Positions 49,004-63,810 of a stretch of 64,000 nucleotides of DNA are shown in pieces. A program made the position numbers and the translations under genes. Origin of the DNA: Octopus sinensis (Eukaryota). Position 1 is the stretch's first letter. The number at the start of each line of letters is the position of its first letter. The notes under the pieces were generated by a model. That model was not told the DNA's origin. It worked only from the letters and a program-made list of their open reading frames with translations, and searched no databases. The DNA lies in the NCBI RefSeq assembly GCF_006345805.1, contig NC_043018.1, positions 14,818,001 through 14,882,000 of the forward strand, given 5' to 3'.

Positions 49004-50229
49004 TATGTATGATGGGCTTCTTTCAGTTTCTGTCTACCAAATCCACTCACAAGGCTTTGGTCGGCCTGAGGCTATGGTAGAAGACACTTGACCAAGGTTC
49101 CACGCAGTGGGACTGAACCCCAGAACCATGTGGTTGGTAAGCAAACTACTTACCACACACCCACTCCTACTGGTATGGTTTTAGTTGATTATCTACTATA
49201 GGCACAAGGCCTGAATTTTGTGGGGAGCAGGTAAGTCAATCATATGTACCCCAGTACTTGGCTGGTACTTAATTCATCAACCCCAAAGGGATGAAAGGCA
49301 AAGTCTACTACAACAGTATTTGAACTTCAAACATAAAAAAGAACAAAAAGCTACTAAACATTTTGCAATGATTGCTGCCTTTGAGAGCTGCTCTCCGGCT
49401 ATCTACCTGAGGTTTTATATAGCTACGTAAAAGCACCATCCGTTCGTGTCCGTTGCCAGCCACGCCTGGCCCCCGTGCCGGTGGCACATAAAAACACCAT
49501 CCGTTCATGGCCGTTTGCCAGCTCTGTCTGGCACCTGTGCAGGTGGCACGTAAAAAGCACCCACTACACTCAGGGAGTGGTTGGCGTTAGGAAGGGCATC
49601 CAGCCGTAGAAACACTGCCAAATCTGACTGGGCCTGATGAAGCCTTCCGGCTTCACAGACCCCAGTTAAACCGTCCAACCCATGCTAGCATGGAAAACGG
49701 ACGCTAAATGATGATGATGATGATGGTGCAGCCTCACCATTGATTTCTTCAACTAAAACCCTTCAAAGTGATGCCCCAGCATGGCCACAATCCAATGACT
49801 GAAACAAGTAAAGGTAAAAGATATACGTCGTCATCATCATCGTTTTAACGTCCACTTTTCCATGCTAGCATGTGTTGGACGGAATTCGTTGAGTGGATGT
49901 TCTTGTCACCAACCTTCACCTGTTTCCAAGTAAGGTAATGTATCCCCACGACCAGACATGTTTTCACGGAAGATTGGGAACGAGGGACACCGTTTTTTAT
50001 GACGGTGACGCAGTGTCAAGGAAAGGAGACAATAACACCCCACCACACACACACACATTATACATGATGGGCTTCTTTCAGTTTCCGTCCAGGCTTTGGT
50101 GTACACTTTCATCATATTGTACACATAACTAGACAGAAAGCTAGATAATTATTCTCTAGAGAGAGAGGGGGAGGAGAGACAAGGAGACAGACGGACAGAC
50201 AGTAAAACAGAGATATACACATAGACAGC

Positions 50230-50376
50230 TACAAAGAGAGAGAGAGAGAGGGGGGAGATAGATAGATAGAGAGAGAGAGAGAAGAGAGATAGATATATAG
50301 ATAGATAGATAGAGAGAGAGAGAGAGAAGATAGATAGATAGATATAAATAGAGAGAGAGAGAAGAGAGAGAGATAT

Positions 50377-50455
<79 letters not shown>

Positions 50456-50479
50456 TAGAGAGAGAGAAGATAGATAGAT

Positions 50480-50548
<69 letters not shown>

Positions 50549-50570
50549 CAGAGACAGAGAGAGAGTAAAG
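50230..50570. repeat. (GA)n/(GATA)n microsatellite
   Basis: Direct reading. Confidence 0.95.
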
Positions 50571-52892
50571 ATTTGGTTGTCGCGAAACGATCAACTTCTC
50601 TTCCGATCGTTGACGGTTTTCTCCGGACCAGCAGCGATTCTGGCCGATCTCTCTCCCCTATCACTTATTATTCTTATTTTAAAACTTAAAGTTTTTGAAA
50701 AAAAAATAGACTTTACCAATTTTATTTTCATTTTTAAATTCCCTTTTTCTCTCAGCATTATATTGATAGAGAAATTTTAAATGAATTAAGAATAAAGGGT
50801 GGAGACCCTTTGCTCGTGTAACCAAGTCCTGGGTTGATGTCTCGGAAATTTGTCTTTGTTAAAAAAATATTTGTTTTTATTTCCGAATGGAGAGTTGCTA
50901 TGATTGAAATAAAACACTGCGTAGGAGTCAGCACTAAAAGCAAAAGTGAAGGGGCAATACACATCTTGATAAATAAATAATCGAGCTCGACGTGCAAGAA
51001 ATAGCAGCCAGAGTTCCCTCAAATCACATTTGTATTGTTATTATTTTTAAAATGTAGTCCATAATTTAGATACATAGTCTGAGTAAAAGACTAGATGGTC
51101 ATGACTGGAAGTTAATTACCTTTTACCGTTGGAAGGTAATAATAATCCTTTCTACTGTAGGCACAAGGCCTGAAATTTTGGGGGAGGGGGGTAAAGTCGA
51201 TAACATCGACCCCAGTACTTGACTGGCACTAATTTTACCGACCCCAAAATTTGAACTCAAAACGTAAAACCGGATGAAGTAGAGCTAGCTAAGCAGTCCG
51301 GCACACCAACGATTCTGTCCACCCACCCACACATCGGTGTGGAACGACAACGTTTAAGTAATCTCCTAGTATAGACAGCTAAATTGATATAACAGTTTGA
51401 TCACAAAATATAATTATACAAACACACATCAAGTACTTTCTGTGTATGACAAGAACGGTGAGAGAAGCTGGTGTCATAACAACGTTAAACACTGAAATCT
51501 TAAATTTCTAAAGAACAATAATATTTAAGCGCGACAAGGAGTTTTATTATCACGAAATAGTCCCGATAGTCAACGTTCTGTGTTCAAATACAACCATTGG
51601 CCTTTCATTCTTCCCAGAACTCTTATAATTCAACTCACATCCGGACTCCTTATAAAAATCGAATCCAGTATTTGAAGTTTCCTTATTAATCACCACCGTT
51701 GAAGTTGCTGGTTTCTTAATGCGGAGAAGCTGTATATGTATATGCTAGTGGAAACATACATCACCGAGGGCTCAGAGAAAGACCCCCACATCGAACATTC
51801 TAGCCGTGTCTAGCTTATTCAAAAAGGGTCAAGCTACCCTGACTTAAAAAAAAAAATACGGATTTCATTTTCGGTTGATCTCTCTCTCTTTCTCTCTCTC
51901 TCCACAAACATATTTAAAAAGACCGTTGGCAGGTGGCTTGATGAATAATGCGTGACTAGATGAATAATGAGTAGTAGTAGTTGTAGTAGTAATAGTAGAG
52001 CCACAGGTAAGCTCTGACTAAGCAAACCTATGACGAAAGACGTTCCATAAGTGACCATCCTATCTATTTTTAGCAATATTTTAAAGATCGTATTTACCTT
52101 CCACCATTCTTTTTTAAGGCGGTAAGATGTTGGTGAAAGGAGTTTATAGCTGCTATTTCTAGCAATTCGGTTCAAGCTTATATAATTACCAGTAATTAGT
52201 TTTGAGTTAATGTTTCATCTCTCCTGGTGCAATTAGAATAAAGATGTCACTAATATATTGATTAGAAGTAGATTTGATTCGGCCCAAATTAATAAATCTC
52301 TAATAATGGCAGCTTTCATTGTTTGATAGAAAGTTCTAGATGAACTTTCTAATCACATTACGGGTTCGGGTCTCTGTTGCCACTAAATTCATTAGCCGTA
52401 TTAATTAATTAATCATAGAGCCATCGAAGGTGTTAGCCAGTAAGTGATAGCTTGAACTGCTAGAAATAGCAGCAAATATCACAAATCACATCCTACAACG
52501 GCTTGACTGTTTTTTCGTGATACAGGTCTGTCTGTTCAATCAGGATTGACCTAGGGCTAAATAACAATAAGAACAGCAGCAACATCATTTTAGAAATTAA
52601 CGTCGCATCAACCTCCACTTGTTTATAAGTTCAAAGCGATCGTTAATTAAGGTTTTCAATTATTTTGTGGGGTTCGTAAATGGAAGCAAAGAATTATAAC
52701 AACTAGATTTAGCTGGATTTAATATGTCTATATTACATGTATCTGTATTAATCATTACAACCATTATTGTTGATTTCGCTCTTCTACTCCATGTAAATCA
52801 ATTGTAAATTTTCTCTCAAACAATTTGGGTCCCTCAAGTCATTAGAATACAATGTATTACTGTATGGCATTCAACTGACAGTAATTTTCCCC

Positions 52893-52923
<31 letters not shown>

Positions 52924-52993
52924 TAAAAACGGTAAGATAACAAAAGAAAGAAAGAGACCTCAATATTATGTAAATAGAGGAAATTTATCTATA

Positions 52994-53280
52994 CAATAAT
53001 ATGTTACTTTACTCGATAGTCAAGATAAAACTCTGAGTTTCAGATGCCGAAGTGGAAATCCACAACACCATCTCTTCGGTTATCTGGCTATTTCCGTACA
53101 TCAGCGGTTCGACAAGGGAGACCGATGGAATGAGTACTAGGCTTACAAAGAATAAGTCCTGGGGTTGATTTGTTCGACTAAAATAGCCAGATAACCGAAG
53201 AGATGGTGTTGTGGATTTCCACTTCGGCATCTGAAACTCAGAGTTTCATCTTGACTATCGAGTAATGTAACATATTATTG
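52994..53280. mobile_element. Fold-back element: about 100-bp near-identical arms, each encoding a hammerhead-like motif, around an 87-nt SINE fragment
   Basis: Arms 52994-53093 and 53181-53280; motifs at 53023-53085 (-) and 53189-53251 (+). Confidence 0.75.
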
Positions 53281-54126
53281 TTTTGATTTTCATTCTTGCA
53301 GGGGTCAATAAAATTCTAAATCTAGAACAGGGGTTAATGGTATCGACTGAACCCCTCCCCTCTAAAATTGCTAACCTTTGTGCCTAATTTAGAAACAATA
53401 GTAATTAATATAATTACGATTAATATTTAAACGATGCCCATTTAATAGTTAACTGAGGCCAGATTGGTTTTAAAGCGAAAGTGAAAGTAGATGTTTTAAG
53501 AAGAATCAGGAAACTCTTCAAGTTTTCTTTTTTCCGGCAGCAAGAAACAATACAAAAGAAAAAAAATCGACACCCACAACATAAAACTCCTTCGGTAATC
53601 TCCTTTTTACAAACGATGACATTGCTACTTGCCTTTCTTCGGTTACTTTTTCCGTTTCTTTCGGTTTTAGTTCAAAAATTAGAAAGTAAATCAAAGTGTG
53701 GAATCCATCTCAGGTGAAGAAACATCAAACGAAATAAAAGACCAGCTTCCACCTCAAGTGACATGTTTGACATGTGAGTTATCTCCCTTATCTACATCGG
53801 TGCACGAAGCCTCAATGCTGATGACGATGATGATACTGATGATGATGATGATGATACTGATGATGATGATGATGATGATGACGACGACGACGGCGGCGGC
53901 GGCGATTTATATGTTATTGTTAATAGTAAAACTACAGCTCTACTTAACTCATCGATATTTTCCCGAAAAGTAATCCCTGTTGCATTCCCTATATTCCATA
54001 TAGATTTTTGTGTACAGTTTTGCATTGCGTCACATTCGACTCGTCAGCTGTTGACTGGAAATTAAAATGAAATCATTTCTTTCTAACCGCATCGCTCCTT
54101 TGTTGAACGAATTGTAACCGTTGTGT

Positions 54127-54164
<38 letters not shown>

Positions 54165-54329
54165 TCATCATCATCACCATTTAGCGTCCGCTTTCCATGC
54201 TAGCATGGGTTGGACGGTTCAACTGGGGTCTGTGAAGCCAGAAGGCTGCATCAGGCCCAGTCTGATCTGGCAGTGTTTCTACGGCTGGATGCCCTTCCTA
54301 ACGCCACCACTCCGTGAGTGAATATATAT

Positions 54330-54368
<39 letters not shown>

Positions 54369-54959
54369 CTTTTACTCTTTTATATCCAAGCTTATGCAGT
54401 TATGTAACACACGTTCTTGGGCTAACTTTTAGCTGTTTTGCAATATCAGAAGCCTTTGAACGGGGTTCGTTTTCCACAATTCTCTTCAGACAGCGAAGCT
54501 TCCTTTCCAAGGGCCCAGGTCAGCCGGGACGAGAATCTGTTGATTCTTTCCTTGGCTTTTGAACTGCACTATAATTCTATTTACAGTAGCAAAAGGAATT
54601 TGAAGATTTTCGGCAATTTTTCGCTGGCAAAGACCAGCCTCAGATTGCCTAACAATACGACCTCATTGAAAATCTGACAGTTCTGCTGAATTTTTGTGCA
54701 TTGCATGGTTACTCTTTGCAAATGTTTAATATAATGGCACCTGGAATGAAAAAAAATAATTACATTGTGGGTTTGTCTCCCACCATCGATTAACAACTGA
54801 TGTTGGTGTGTTTATGTTTTCTGTACATTAGCGGTTCGGCAAGGGAGACCGATGGAATGAGTACTAGGCTTACAAAGAATAAGTCCTGGGGTTGATTTGT
54901 TCGACTAAAAGCGTGGCCACAGTCAAATGAAACAAGTAAAAGAATAAAAGAACATATAT

Positions 54960-55187
54960 ACACAAGGGGGTACTGAAAAGTTCCTGGCTTTAAGGGTGTC
55001 ATGAAAAGTGTGGTTGGAGTCCCAACCTTTTGAGTTCTTTTACAGGGATTAGAAAAATTGAAGGGCCACTTCAATAAGCATGCGAGTCTGAGAATGGAAT
55101 ATGCTGAATAAAATCTTAAGTAACGATCCACCTATATTTCCTTTTACCCAAAGCCAAGAACTTTTCAGCCCCCACCCCACCCCCGTA
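54960..55187. mobile_element. Mariner-type MITE
   Basis: Imperfect TIRs ggggtactgaaaagttcctggcttt / aaagccaagaacttttcagcccc. Confidence 0.6.
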
Positions 55188-55203
55188 GATATATATATAT
55201 ATA

Positions 55204-55769
55204 TTGGGTTGTCCGGAAAGTTTGTGCTGATTTATAGTAGCTTACCTTTCGACTTATCTTAGAACATGGTTGAGTCCATAAAATAGGATTTGACTACACC
55301 TCCATTTAGAACACAGTTTAAGCTGTCTTTTAGTGTAAGGACATTTATGTTCCTATAACCTGTGTTAATTCTGTAACCCTTTAAAATGGAAGATAAGACA
55401 ATTCATCTTTGGCATTTGATGTTTTGGGAACCAGACAAAAATTGCTGCAGCTCGGCTGGGATGTGTTACCCCACCCTCCATATTCACCAGATATTGCTCC
55501 TTTGGATTTCCACTTATTCAGGTATCTGCAGAATAGTCTTAATGGCAAAAATGTCAATTCCTTGGATGACGTAAAAAGATACCTTGATGAATTATTTGCC
55601 ATGAAACCACCTCAATTCTGGGAAGAGGGTATTTTCAAGTTAAAGGAAAGATGGTGATGCATTGTGCAACAAAATGGTTCATATTTGGTTGATTAAAAAT
55701 GTAATTCCAAGTATTTATTGACCTTTTTCTTTCCTTTAATTATCAGCACGAACTTTCTGGACAACCCAA
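55204..55769 (+). mobile_element. Internally deleted mariner element
   Basis: About 28-bp TIRs ttgggttgtccggaaagtttgtgctgat / atcagcacgaactttctggacaacccaa; TA TSDs; LGWDVLPHPPYSPDIAPLDFHLF. Confidence 0.92.
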
Positions 55770-55828
55770 TATATTTCGATTTTGAATTTGGTTTGCAAGA
55801 TTCTTTATATGAGTTTGTGTGTTGAAGC

Positions 55829-56110
55829 ATATTCTGTTGTGTCTGGGCAGAGTCATTTTCTTTTTGTGCCTAATAACGTAACACACTCACCGGTAAAATT
55901 TTCACTTCTTTGTTATTTTTATTTTCCTAAAATTTTCATTGCATCTTCCAACCTTTTCAATAGTCTTGACTCTCAAAGACTATTGAAAAGGTCCCAAGAT
56001 GCAACAAAAATGTTAGGAAAATAAAAATAAGAAATAAGTGGAAATTTTACCGGTGAGTTACATTATAAGGCACAAAAATAAAATTACTCTCCCCAGGCAC
56101 AACAGAATAT
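55829..56110. repeat. About 280-bp imperfect palindrome (fold-back/MITE-like)
   Basis: atattctgttgtg...cactcaccggtaaaatt mirrored; central ttttcaatagtc/gactattgaaaa hairpin. Confidence 0.7.
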
Positions 56111-58342
56111 ATTTTTTATTATCTTTTATTTGTTTTAGTCATTAGACTGTGGCCATGCTGGGGCACCACCTTGAAGAATTTTTTGTCAAATGAACTGACC
56201 TCAATACTTATTTTTTCATTCATCCAGCTACTTATTCTATCTGTCTCTTTTGCTGAACTGCTAAGCTACAGGGACATAAACACACCAACACTGGCTGTTT
56301 GGCCCCAGGTTAAAGTAAAAGACACTTGCCCAAGGTGCCCCCATGTGGCTAGGAAGCAAACTTCTTATTTCTTTATTGCCTACAAGGGGCTAAACATAGA
56401 GGGGACAAAGACAGACAAACGGATTAAGTCGATTACATTGACCCCAGTGTGTAACTGGTATTTAATTTATCAACCCCGAAAGGATGAAAGGCAAAGTTGA
56501 CCTCAGCGGAATTTGAACTCAGAACATAACAGCAGACGAAATACTGCTAAGCATTTCGCCCAGCGTGCTAACGTTTCTGCCAGCTCGCCGCCTTAGAAAA
56601 CTTCTTACCACACAGCCACACCCGCACCTATATATATATATATATATTAGTCATGTCATCAATAAGTTTTTGTGTTTGTAAACAGGACAGGTATAAAGGA
56701 TTGGTTTCTCCTTAATTATTCTTGACTGATAAGTCACCAACCAAACTGCCAGAAAGCTTAATCACACCTAGTGTTGAGTTAACAATCATTTATACAAACT
56801 GCTAAAATATAGGACTCGGTTATTTTCTTATCACAGTTAACAATAGCATCAGTAATATTGACCTGGAAAATATATATATTTATTTTTGTTCTTTTACTTG
56901 TTCCAGCGATTGGACTGGGGCCATGCTGGAGCATCACCTTGTAGGTTTACTTTGTAAATTATATCAACCCCCAGTGGTTATTTTAAGTCTGTTATTTATC
57001 ATTCTCCATTTGTTGTACTCTTTATTTACCTGACCTAAATGCAGACCACTCTTGTACAAACAATGTCTATAGGTGCAGGAGTGGCTGTGTGGTAAATAGC
57101 TTGCTTACCAACCACATGGTTCCGGGTTCAGTCCCACTGCGTGGCACCTTGGGCAAGTGTCTTCTACTATAGCCTCGGGCCGACCAAAGCCTTGTGAGTG
57201 GATCTGTTAGACGGAAACTGAAAGAAGCTCATCATATATATCTGTACATATATATATTTATATATATGTGTGTGTGTGTGTGTGTCTGTGTTTGTCCCCG
57301 TCAACTAGCGGTTTGGCAAAAGAGAACCGATAGAATAAGTACTAGGCTTACAAAGAATAAGTCCTGGGGTCGATTTGCTCAACTAAAGGCGGTGCTCCAG
57401 CATGGCTGCAGTCAAATGACTGAAACAAATAAAAGAAAAAAAAAGAAAAGAAAGAAATGTGAACCACAAACACGAAGGCACACATGCAAACATTGTTAGC
57501 TTTGTGGCATTTTATATTCAAGTTGTATGTAGAGGTTTATTCATTGTTACAATAGGGTTCAGGATATTTTGGATATGAAGGGAGTTGCTAAGGATTTACT
57601 CTTCTTTAGGCACATGGCTCAGTGGTTTAGAGTGTTGGCTTCACAATCATGAGGTAGTGAGTTCAATTTCCAGATTAAGCAGTGTGTTGTGTTCTTGAGC
57701 AAAACACTTTATTTCACATTTGCTCCAGTTCACTCATCTGTAGAAATGAGTTGTGACATCATTGGTACCAAGCTGATTTGTCCTTCGCCTTTCTCTTGGA
57801 TAACATCGGTGGCATGGAGTGGTGGGGGGTTGGTATGCATGGATGACAGCTGGTCTTCTATAAATAACCTTACCTGGACTTATGCCTCGGAGGGTAACTT
57901 TCTAGGTGTAACCCCATGGTCATTCATGATTGAAGGGGTCTTTACTCTTTACCCTTCTCTAGCATTGTTCTTAATATTTCTAACTTATAAGGTGGTTAGC
58001 TTGCAGAGTTGTTTGAACTCTGGACAAAATGCTTAGCAATACTTCATCTGTTTTTACATTCTGAGTTCAAATGCTGCCTGAGTCGACTTTGCCTTTTGTA
58101 CTTTCAGGGGTCAATAAAATAAGTACCAGCTGAGCACTGGGGTTGATGAAATCAATTTGCCCACCTCCCCTGAAATTGCTGGCCTTGTGCCAAAATTTGA
58201 AACCACTATTTCTAACATGGTATTGTGTGGACTTCCTTTATTGACTAATAAGTAAAGTTACCTTCTAGAGCCATGCCGATTCATAAAGGCCAGTTTCCCG
58301 GTTTTATGGCATAGATATTCTCCACACTGGTCCATTGCAGGA

Positions 58343-58460
58343 TTACCGTAAATCCTCGAGTATAATCCGCATTTTTTTCCCAAAATTTAAAGGTCAAAAT
58401 CCCTAGTGCGTACTATATACGAGGTTAAAAATGAAAGATATTTTCTAAGCAATGTCCGAG
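58343..58460 (+). mobile_element. Possible single DNA-transposon terminus
   Basis: taccgtaaatcctcgagtataa start; the matching end was not found. Confidence 0.3.
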
Positions 58461-59523
58461 TCTCTATTTGCTGTCCGGCAATGCTTATTCAGACGCATTT
58501 TGTGATGTCGGGCGCGAAAATACCTTAAGCTAAACCTGAAAGCAATGAAGTCATAAAAGAATCATCCATAACTTGCAGTTAGCAACATATATATATATAT
58601 ATATATACACATATATATATATATACACACACATATATATACACATATATACGACGGGCTTCTTTCATTTTCCATCTACCAAATCCACTCACAAGGCTTT
58701 GGTCAGCCCAAGGCTATAATACAAGACACTTGTCCAAGGTGCCATGCAGTGGGACTGAACCCGGAGACATGTGGTTCGTAAGCAAGCTACTTACCACACA
58801 GCCACTCCTATGCCTATTGGCTGGGTTTTATTCAAAAAGATTTCATTATTGAGCTGTTGTTTAGTCTGAGATATGCCATTATTTCACACACACACACACA
58901 CGACAAGCTGTAATACCTACAACTTCCACCACAGCCTCCCATCCTGTCCCACCCCTGAGACTAAAAGAAGAAACGCTGCCTCAAGATGCCATGCTGTGAG
59001 ACTATCATTTTAGATATTCTTCATTCCTTCTGTTTTTCCAGGTCACAGAAATCAATAACAACATTTCGAGAAACACAAGTGTATATAAATTGCAATGCAC
59101 CTACTTAACTACAGTCGTAGATCTAATTAACACTTTCTGACGGATGTCATTAGCTCTGACCTGGTCGTTAGTGGCTACTTTCAATGTGGAGTGTACCATG
59201 AAGTATGTGACAGAAACAAAGAAATCAAAATAAAACAACAAAAGCAGGGAAATGTGGTTTGTATGTTGCTCTGCTAATCTTATGTTGCTTGGTTTCACTA
59301 CTTTGCACTGTCCAACTATATTGTATCGAATAGATTTAAGAAAATGAGAGAATTTGTACAGGAGTGGCTGTGTGGTAAGTAGCTTGCTTACCAACCACAT
59401 GGTTCCGGGTTCAGTCCCACTGCGTGGCACCTTGGGCAAGTGTCTTCTACTATAGCCTTGGGCCGACCAAAGCCTTGTGAGTGGATTTGGTAGACGGAAA
59501 CTGAAAGAAGCCAATCATATATA

Positions 59524-59560
<37 letters not shown>

Positions 59561-61134
59561 GTGTGTGGTATGTAGCTTGCCACATGTTCCGGGTTCAGTC
59601 CTACTGCGTGGCACCTTGGGCAAGTATTTTCTACTATAGCCTCGAACCAACCAAAGCCTTGTGATTGGATTTGGTAGACAGAAACTGAAAGAAGCCCGTT
59701 GAATATGTATGTGTGTGTGTGTGTGTTTATGTTTGTCGCCCCATCATCGCTTGACAACTGATGCTGGTGTGCTTACATCCCCATAACTTAGCGGTTCGGC
59801 AAAAGAGACCGATAGAATAAGCACTAGGCTTCCAAAGAATAAGTCCTGGTGTCGATTTGCTCGACAAAAGGCGGTGCCCCAGAATGACCACAGTCGAATG
59901 ACTGAAACAAGTGAAAGAGTAAAAATGTTTCAATGTAAACTGTTTTGAAAATTAATTTAATAACAGCACCAAAATGTTGTGATGCACCAAATGTATAGAT
60001 CCACTTAGTTCCATATTTGGGCAAAACTGAACAATTTATTAATAATATAACTAGTAATAGTAAATGCTGTCTTTGTAGTAAATTTGGTAACCGGATATAG
60101 CAAATAGTAAATATTGATATATTTATTAATAGTAAATGATATATAAGTCATTTATTTAGTAATAGTAAATGTTGATATTTAGTAATAGTCGCTATTATAT
60201 CAATAATAGGTGGTAGCAGTGACAAGTGTATTTGTAATATATTTGGTAATCAAATCCAGTAAATAGGTAATAGTAAATATTAATGTATTTGTTAATAGCA
60301 AATGATATATTATGGAGGCGTGTGGCTTAGTGGTTAGGGTGTTGAACTCATGATTGCAAGGTTGTGGTTTCAATTCCTGGACCGGGCGACGTGTTGTGTT
60401 CTTGAGCAAAACACTTCATTTCATGTTGCATTGCAGGTCAGAATTTTAGCCGTGTTCTGATTTTATATTTCAGCATGGCTAATGTTGACTGCCGTTGTCT
60501 TTTAACATTTAGGTTAAAATAATTTGTCGGTGATGGTCACACTCATCTTACAAGTCAACACCTTCTGTGTGTGTTTTATTTTTGTATTCTTTTACTTGTT
60601 TCAGTAAAATTTATGTGAGATGGCTTCTTTCTTTGCATGAAAAATCCTAGCATCTCCTGATTGTGTCTTGGACATTTCCTGACATAACCAAATGCACAAA
60701 TGACAATTAATATAAAAGTAAATTGACAACCAGAGTCAGATTTAAAAGTAATTATCCATGGATATTCTGCTGGCTGATTTTGGAAGAGATGGTCACATCG
60801 GCAGGGCAATTAACCTCTATGGACTGTACATGACATTTCTTTATAGTTTCCGATAACTACATCAGATCTGTTATGTTTGCCTTTTGTAGAAGTTTCGATA
60901 GGAATTCTTCATTAATATTCCTTGTGCAGAGATATTAATATTTATCCCACAGCAGTCCCCTTTTGTGGATAGCATTGTACATTGTTTTAGCAATGACATC
61001 AAGTCAGAATATCTGTGAGCGTGAGTGTGTGCACACGTGTGTGGAGAGAGAGAGAGAAAGATAACAATCAAAATACATTAAAATAAACACACACACACGT
61101 ACACACAAACACACACACACACACGTACACACAA

Positions 61135-61170
<36 letters not shown>

Positions 61171-61389
61171 CAATTATATTTTTATAAGAAGAGAGGTGCC
61201 CAACAAATGCTAAGCAGGTCAAAAATTCAAATTCATTTTCACCCCTCTTCTTGTAAAAGTAAAAGTATAATTGAAATGCACTCTGCAAAATATACACTCT
61301 GCAAAAAGCATTGAATAATTCTTCAGTTTAATGCTGAATCGTTTTTCTTATAACTTTACATGAAAAAAAAACATTAATAAATATTTATA

Positions 61390-61538
61390 CACATACATAC
61401 ATACATACATACATACATACATACACACATACATACATACATACACAAATACATACACATAATACATACTACATACATACATACATACAAACAAACAAAC
61501 AAACATACATACATACACACACACATACATACATACAT

Positions 61539-61569
<31 letters not shown>

Positions 61570-61800
61570 TACATACATACATACATACATACATACATAC
61601 ATACATACATACATACATACATACATACATACATACATACATACATACATACATACATACATACATACATACATACATACATACAAACATACATACATAC
61701 ATACATACATACAAACATACATACATACATACATACATACAAACATACATACAAACATACATACATACATACATACATACATACATACATACATAAATAG
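61390..61800. repeat. (CATA)n microsatellite
   Basis: Direct reading; the many other (TA)n, (CA)n and (AAT)n tracts are not listed. Confidence 0.95.
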
Positions 61801-62478
61801 ATACATACATATAAAAATCTGTAAAACTTTGCAGAAGTTTATCATTTAAGTAAATATGAGCATGTCTAGATATGCAGTTATATGCATGAGAATACATACA
61901 TAAAACAAAACATACAAATCTGCACATATACATATAAACAAAAATACCGTGTTGATGATGTTGAAATTCCAATGAAGGGACCTTGGATCTAGGTTAGAAA
62001 CCGGTTCTTTCTCTATTGACAAGAAATTTTGAATAATTACATACATACATACATACATATATATAGATACATACATACATACACACACACACACATACAC
62101 ACACACACACACACAGACACACACACACACACAATCACACAGAGTGCGAGAGAGGAGAGAAGGAGAGGAAGAGAGATGGCTGTAAAAGACACTCTGATTA
62201 AGTTCTTTACTTTGAAATATATTTCACCCAGATACATCAAGTTTTGTGGAATGGAAAAGTGAAAGTAGACAGCAAGTAATTGTAGTAGTAGTAGTAGTAG
62301 TAGTATTTGCACTATTTGAAATTAATTAAAAGAAATACATGGTGTAATTGTATAGCATGTGAAAGAGAAACATGGGGTTACATATATACATACATATATA
62401 TGCATATATATGCATATATATACATATATATATATATACATAGATATATATATAATACATATATATATATAATAATAT

Positions 62479-62511
<33 letters not shown>

Positions 62512-62628
62512 AGATAAATAATATCAAATATATGCATATATACATGCATATATGTTCATACCTACATATATATGTATATATATATGCATATATATATATA
62601 TATATAATCTATATATATATATATATAT

Positions 62629-62701
<73 letters not shown>

Positions 62702-62898
62702 TAACTTTTTGCATGCACACATAAACACACAGGACTTACGATGAGTGTCGCCGCCTGGTGTAAGGTAGACCAAAATAGTGGCTGTGACAGATTTCCCCGT
62801 TAACTCTCTGATGACGTCACTCTAAAACCACGTGATTATTTTGACACCTTGTTCCTTTCAGTCAGTGGTTGTTCTTATCTTTATACCATGCACATACA

Positions 62899-62935
<37 letters not shown>

Positions 62936-63810
62936 GCACACGCACACACATACACGCTCACACCTGTACATGCAAACATATTGTACGTACATACTATACA
63001 CTCGTGCATATATACATTTATATACACCTATACATTCACACATGTACATAAGTACATAGACACATACCTATATCCATACACTTAGACATACACAAATACG
63101 TGCGTCCGTGGTAAGTAGCTTGCTAACCAACCACATGGTTCCAGCTTCAGTCCCACTGCATGGCATCTTGGGCGAATGTCTTCTGCTATAGCCCCGGGCC
63201 GACCAATGCCTTGTGAGTGGATTTGGTAGACGGAAACTGAAAGAAGCTTGTTGTATACATGTATATATATGTATGTGTGTGTGTCTGTGTTTGTCCCCCT
63301 AGCATTGCTTGACAACCGATGCTGGTGTGTTTACGTCCCCGTCACTTAGCGGTTCGGCAAAAAGAGACCGATTGAATAAGTACTGGGCTTACAAAGAATA
63401 AGTCCCGGGGTCGATTTGCTCGACTAAAGGTGGTGCTCCAGCATGGCCGCAGTCAAATGACTGAAACAAGTAAAAGAAAGTAAAAGAAAGATACATGATA
63501 ATGATGATTGCTTCATCTTGACAAATGATAGCCATCTCAATCAACCTGTAATCACTCCGATAACCGTCATAGAGTTTTTTGTGCATTGAGCTATCGTCAA
63601 AAGACTTTTAAAGAGAATCAAGATGAAGAAGACGGAACGAGACATCTGCAAGTCGTTAGACACACGTTTGTACAACACGTGTCACACTTTATAAGTATCG
63701 ACAACTGGAATCCAGAGAAAAGTATTGCAAAATCTCTAACAACTACATCAACTGCACGTTTGATTTCAGGGTCCCTTCTCTGAGACTTTTACCACCAAAG
63801 TATACCTACT

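Noticed and set aside
53480-54680. Possible head-to-head plus-strand gene exons
   Set aside because: No recognisable protein and weak splice signals; cannot be supported from sequence alone.
60758-60856. MDILLADFG... kinase-like snippet
   Set aside because: A 32-aa ORF bounded by stops, with no other kinase motifs.
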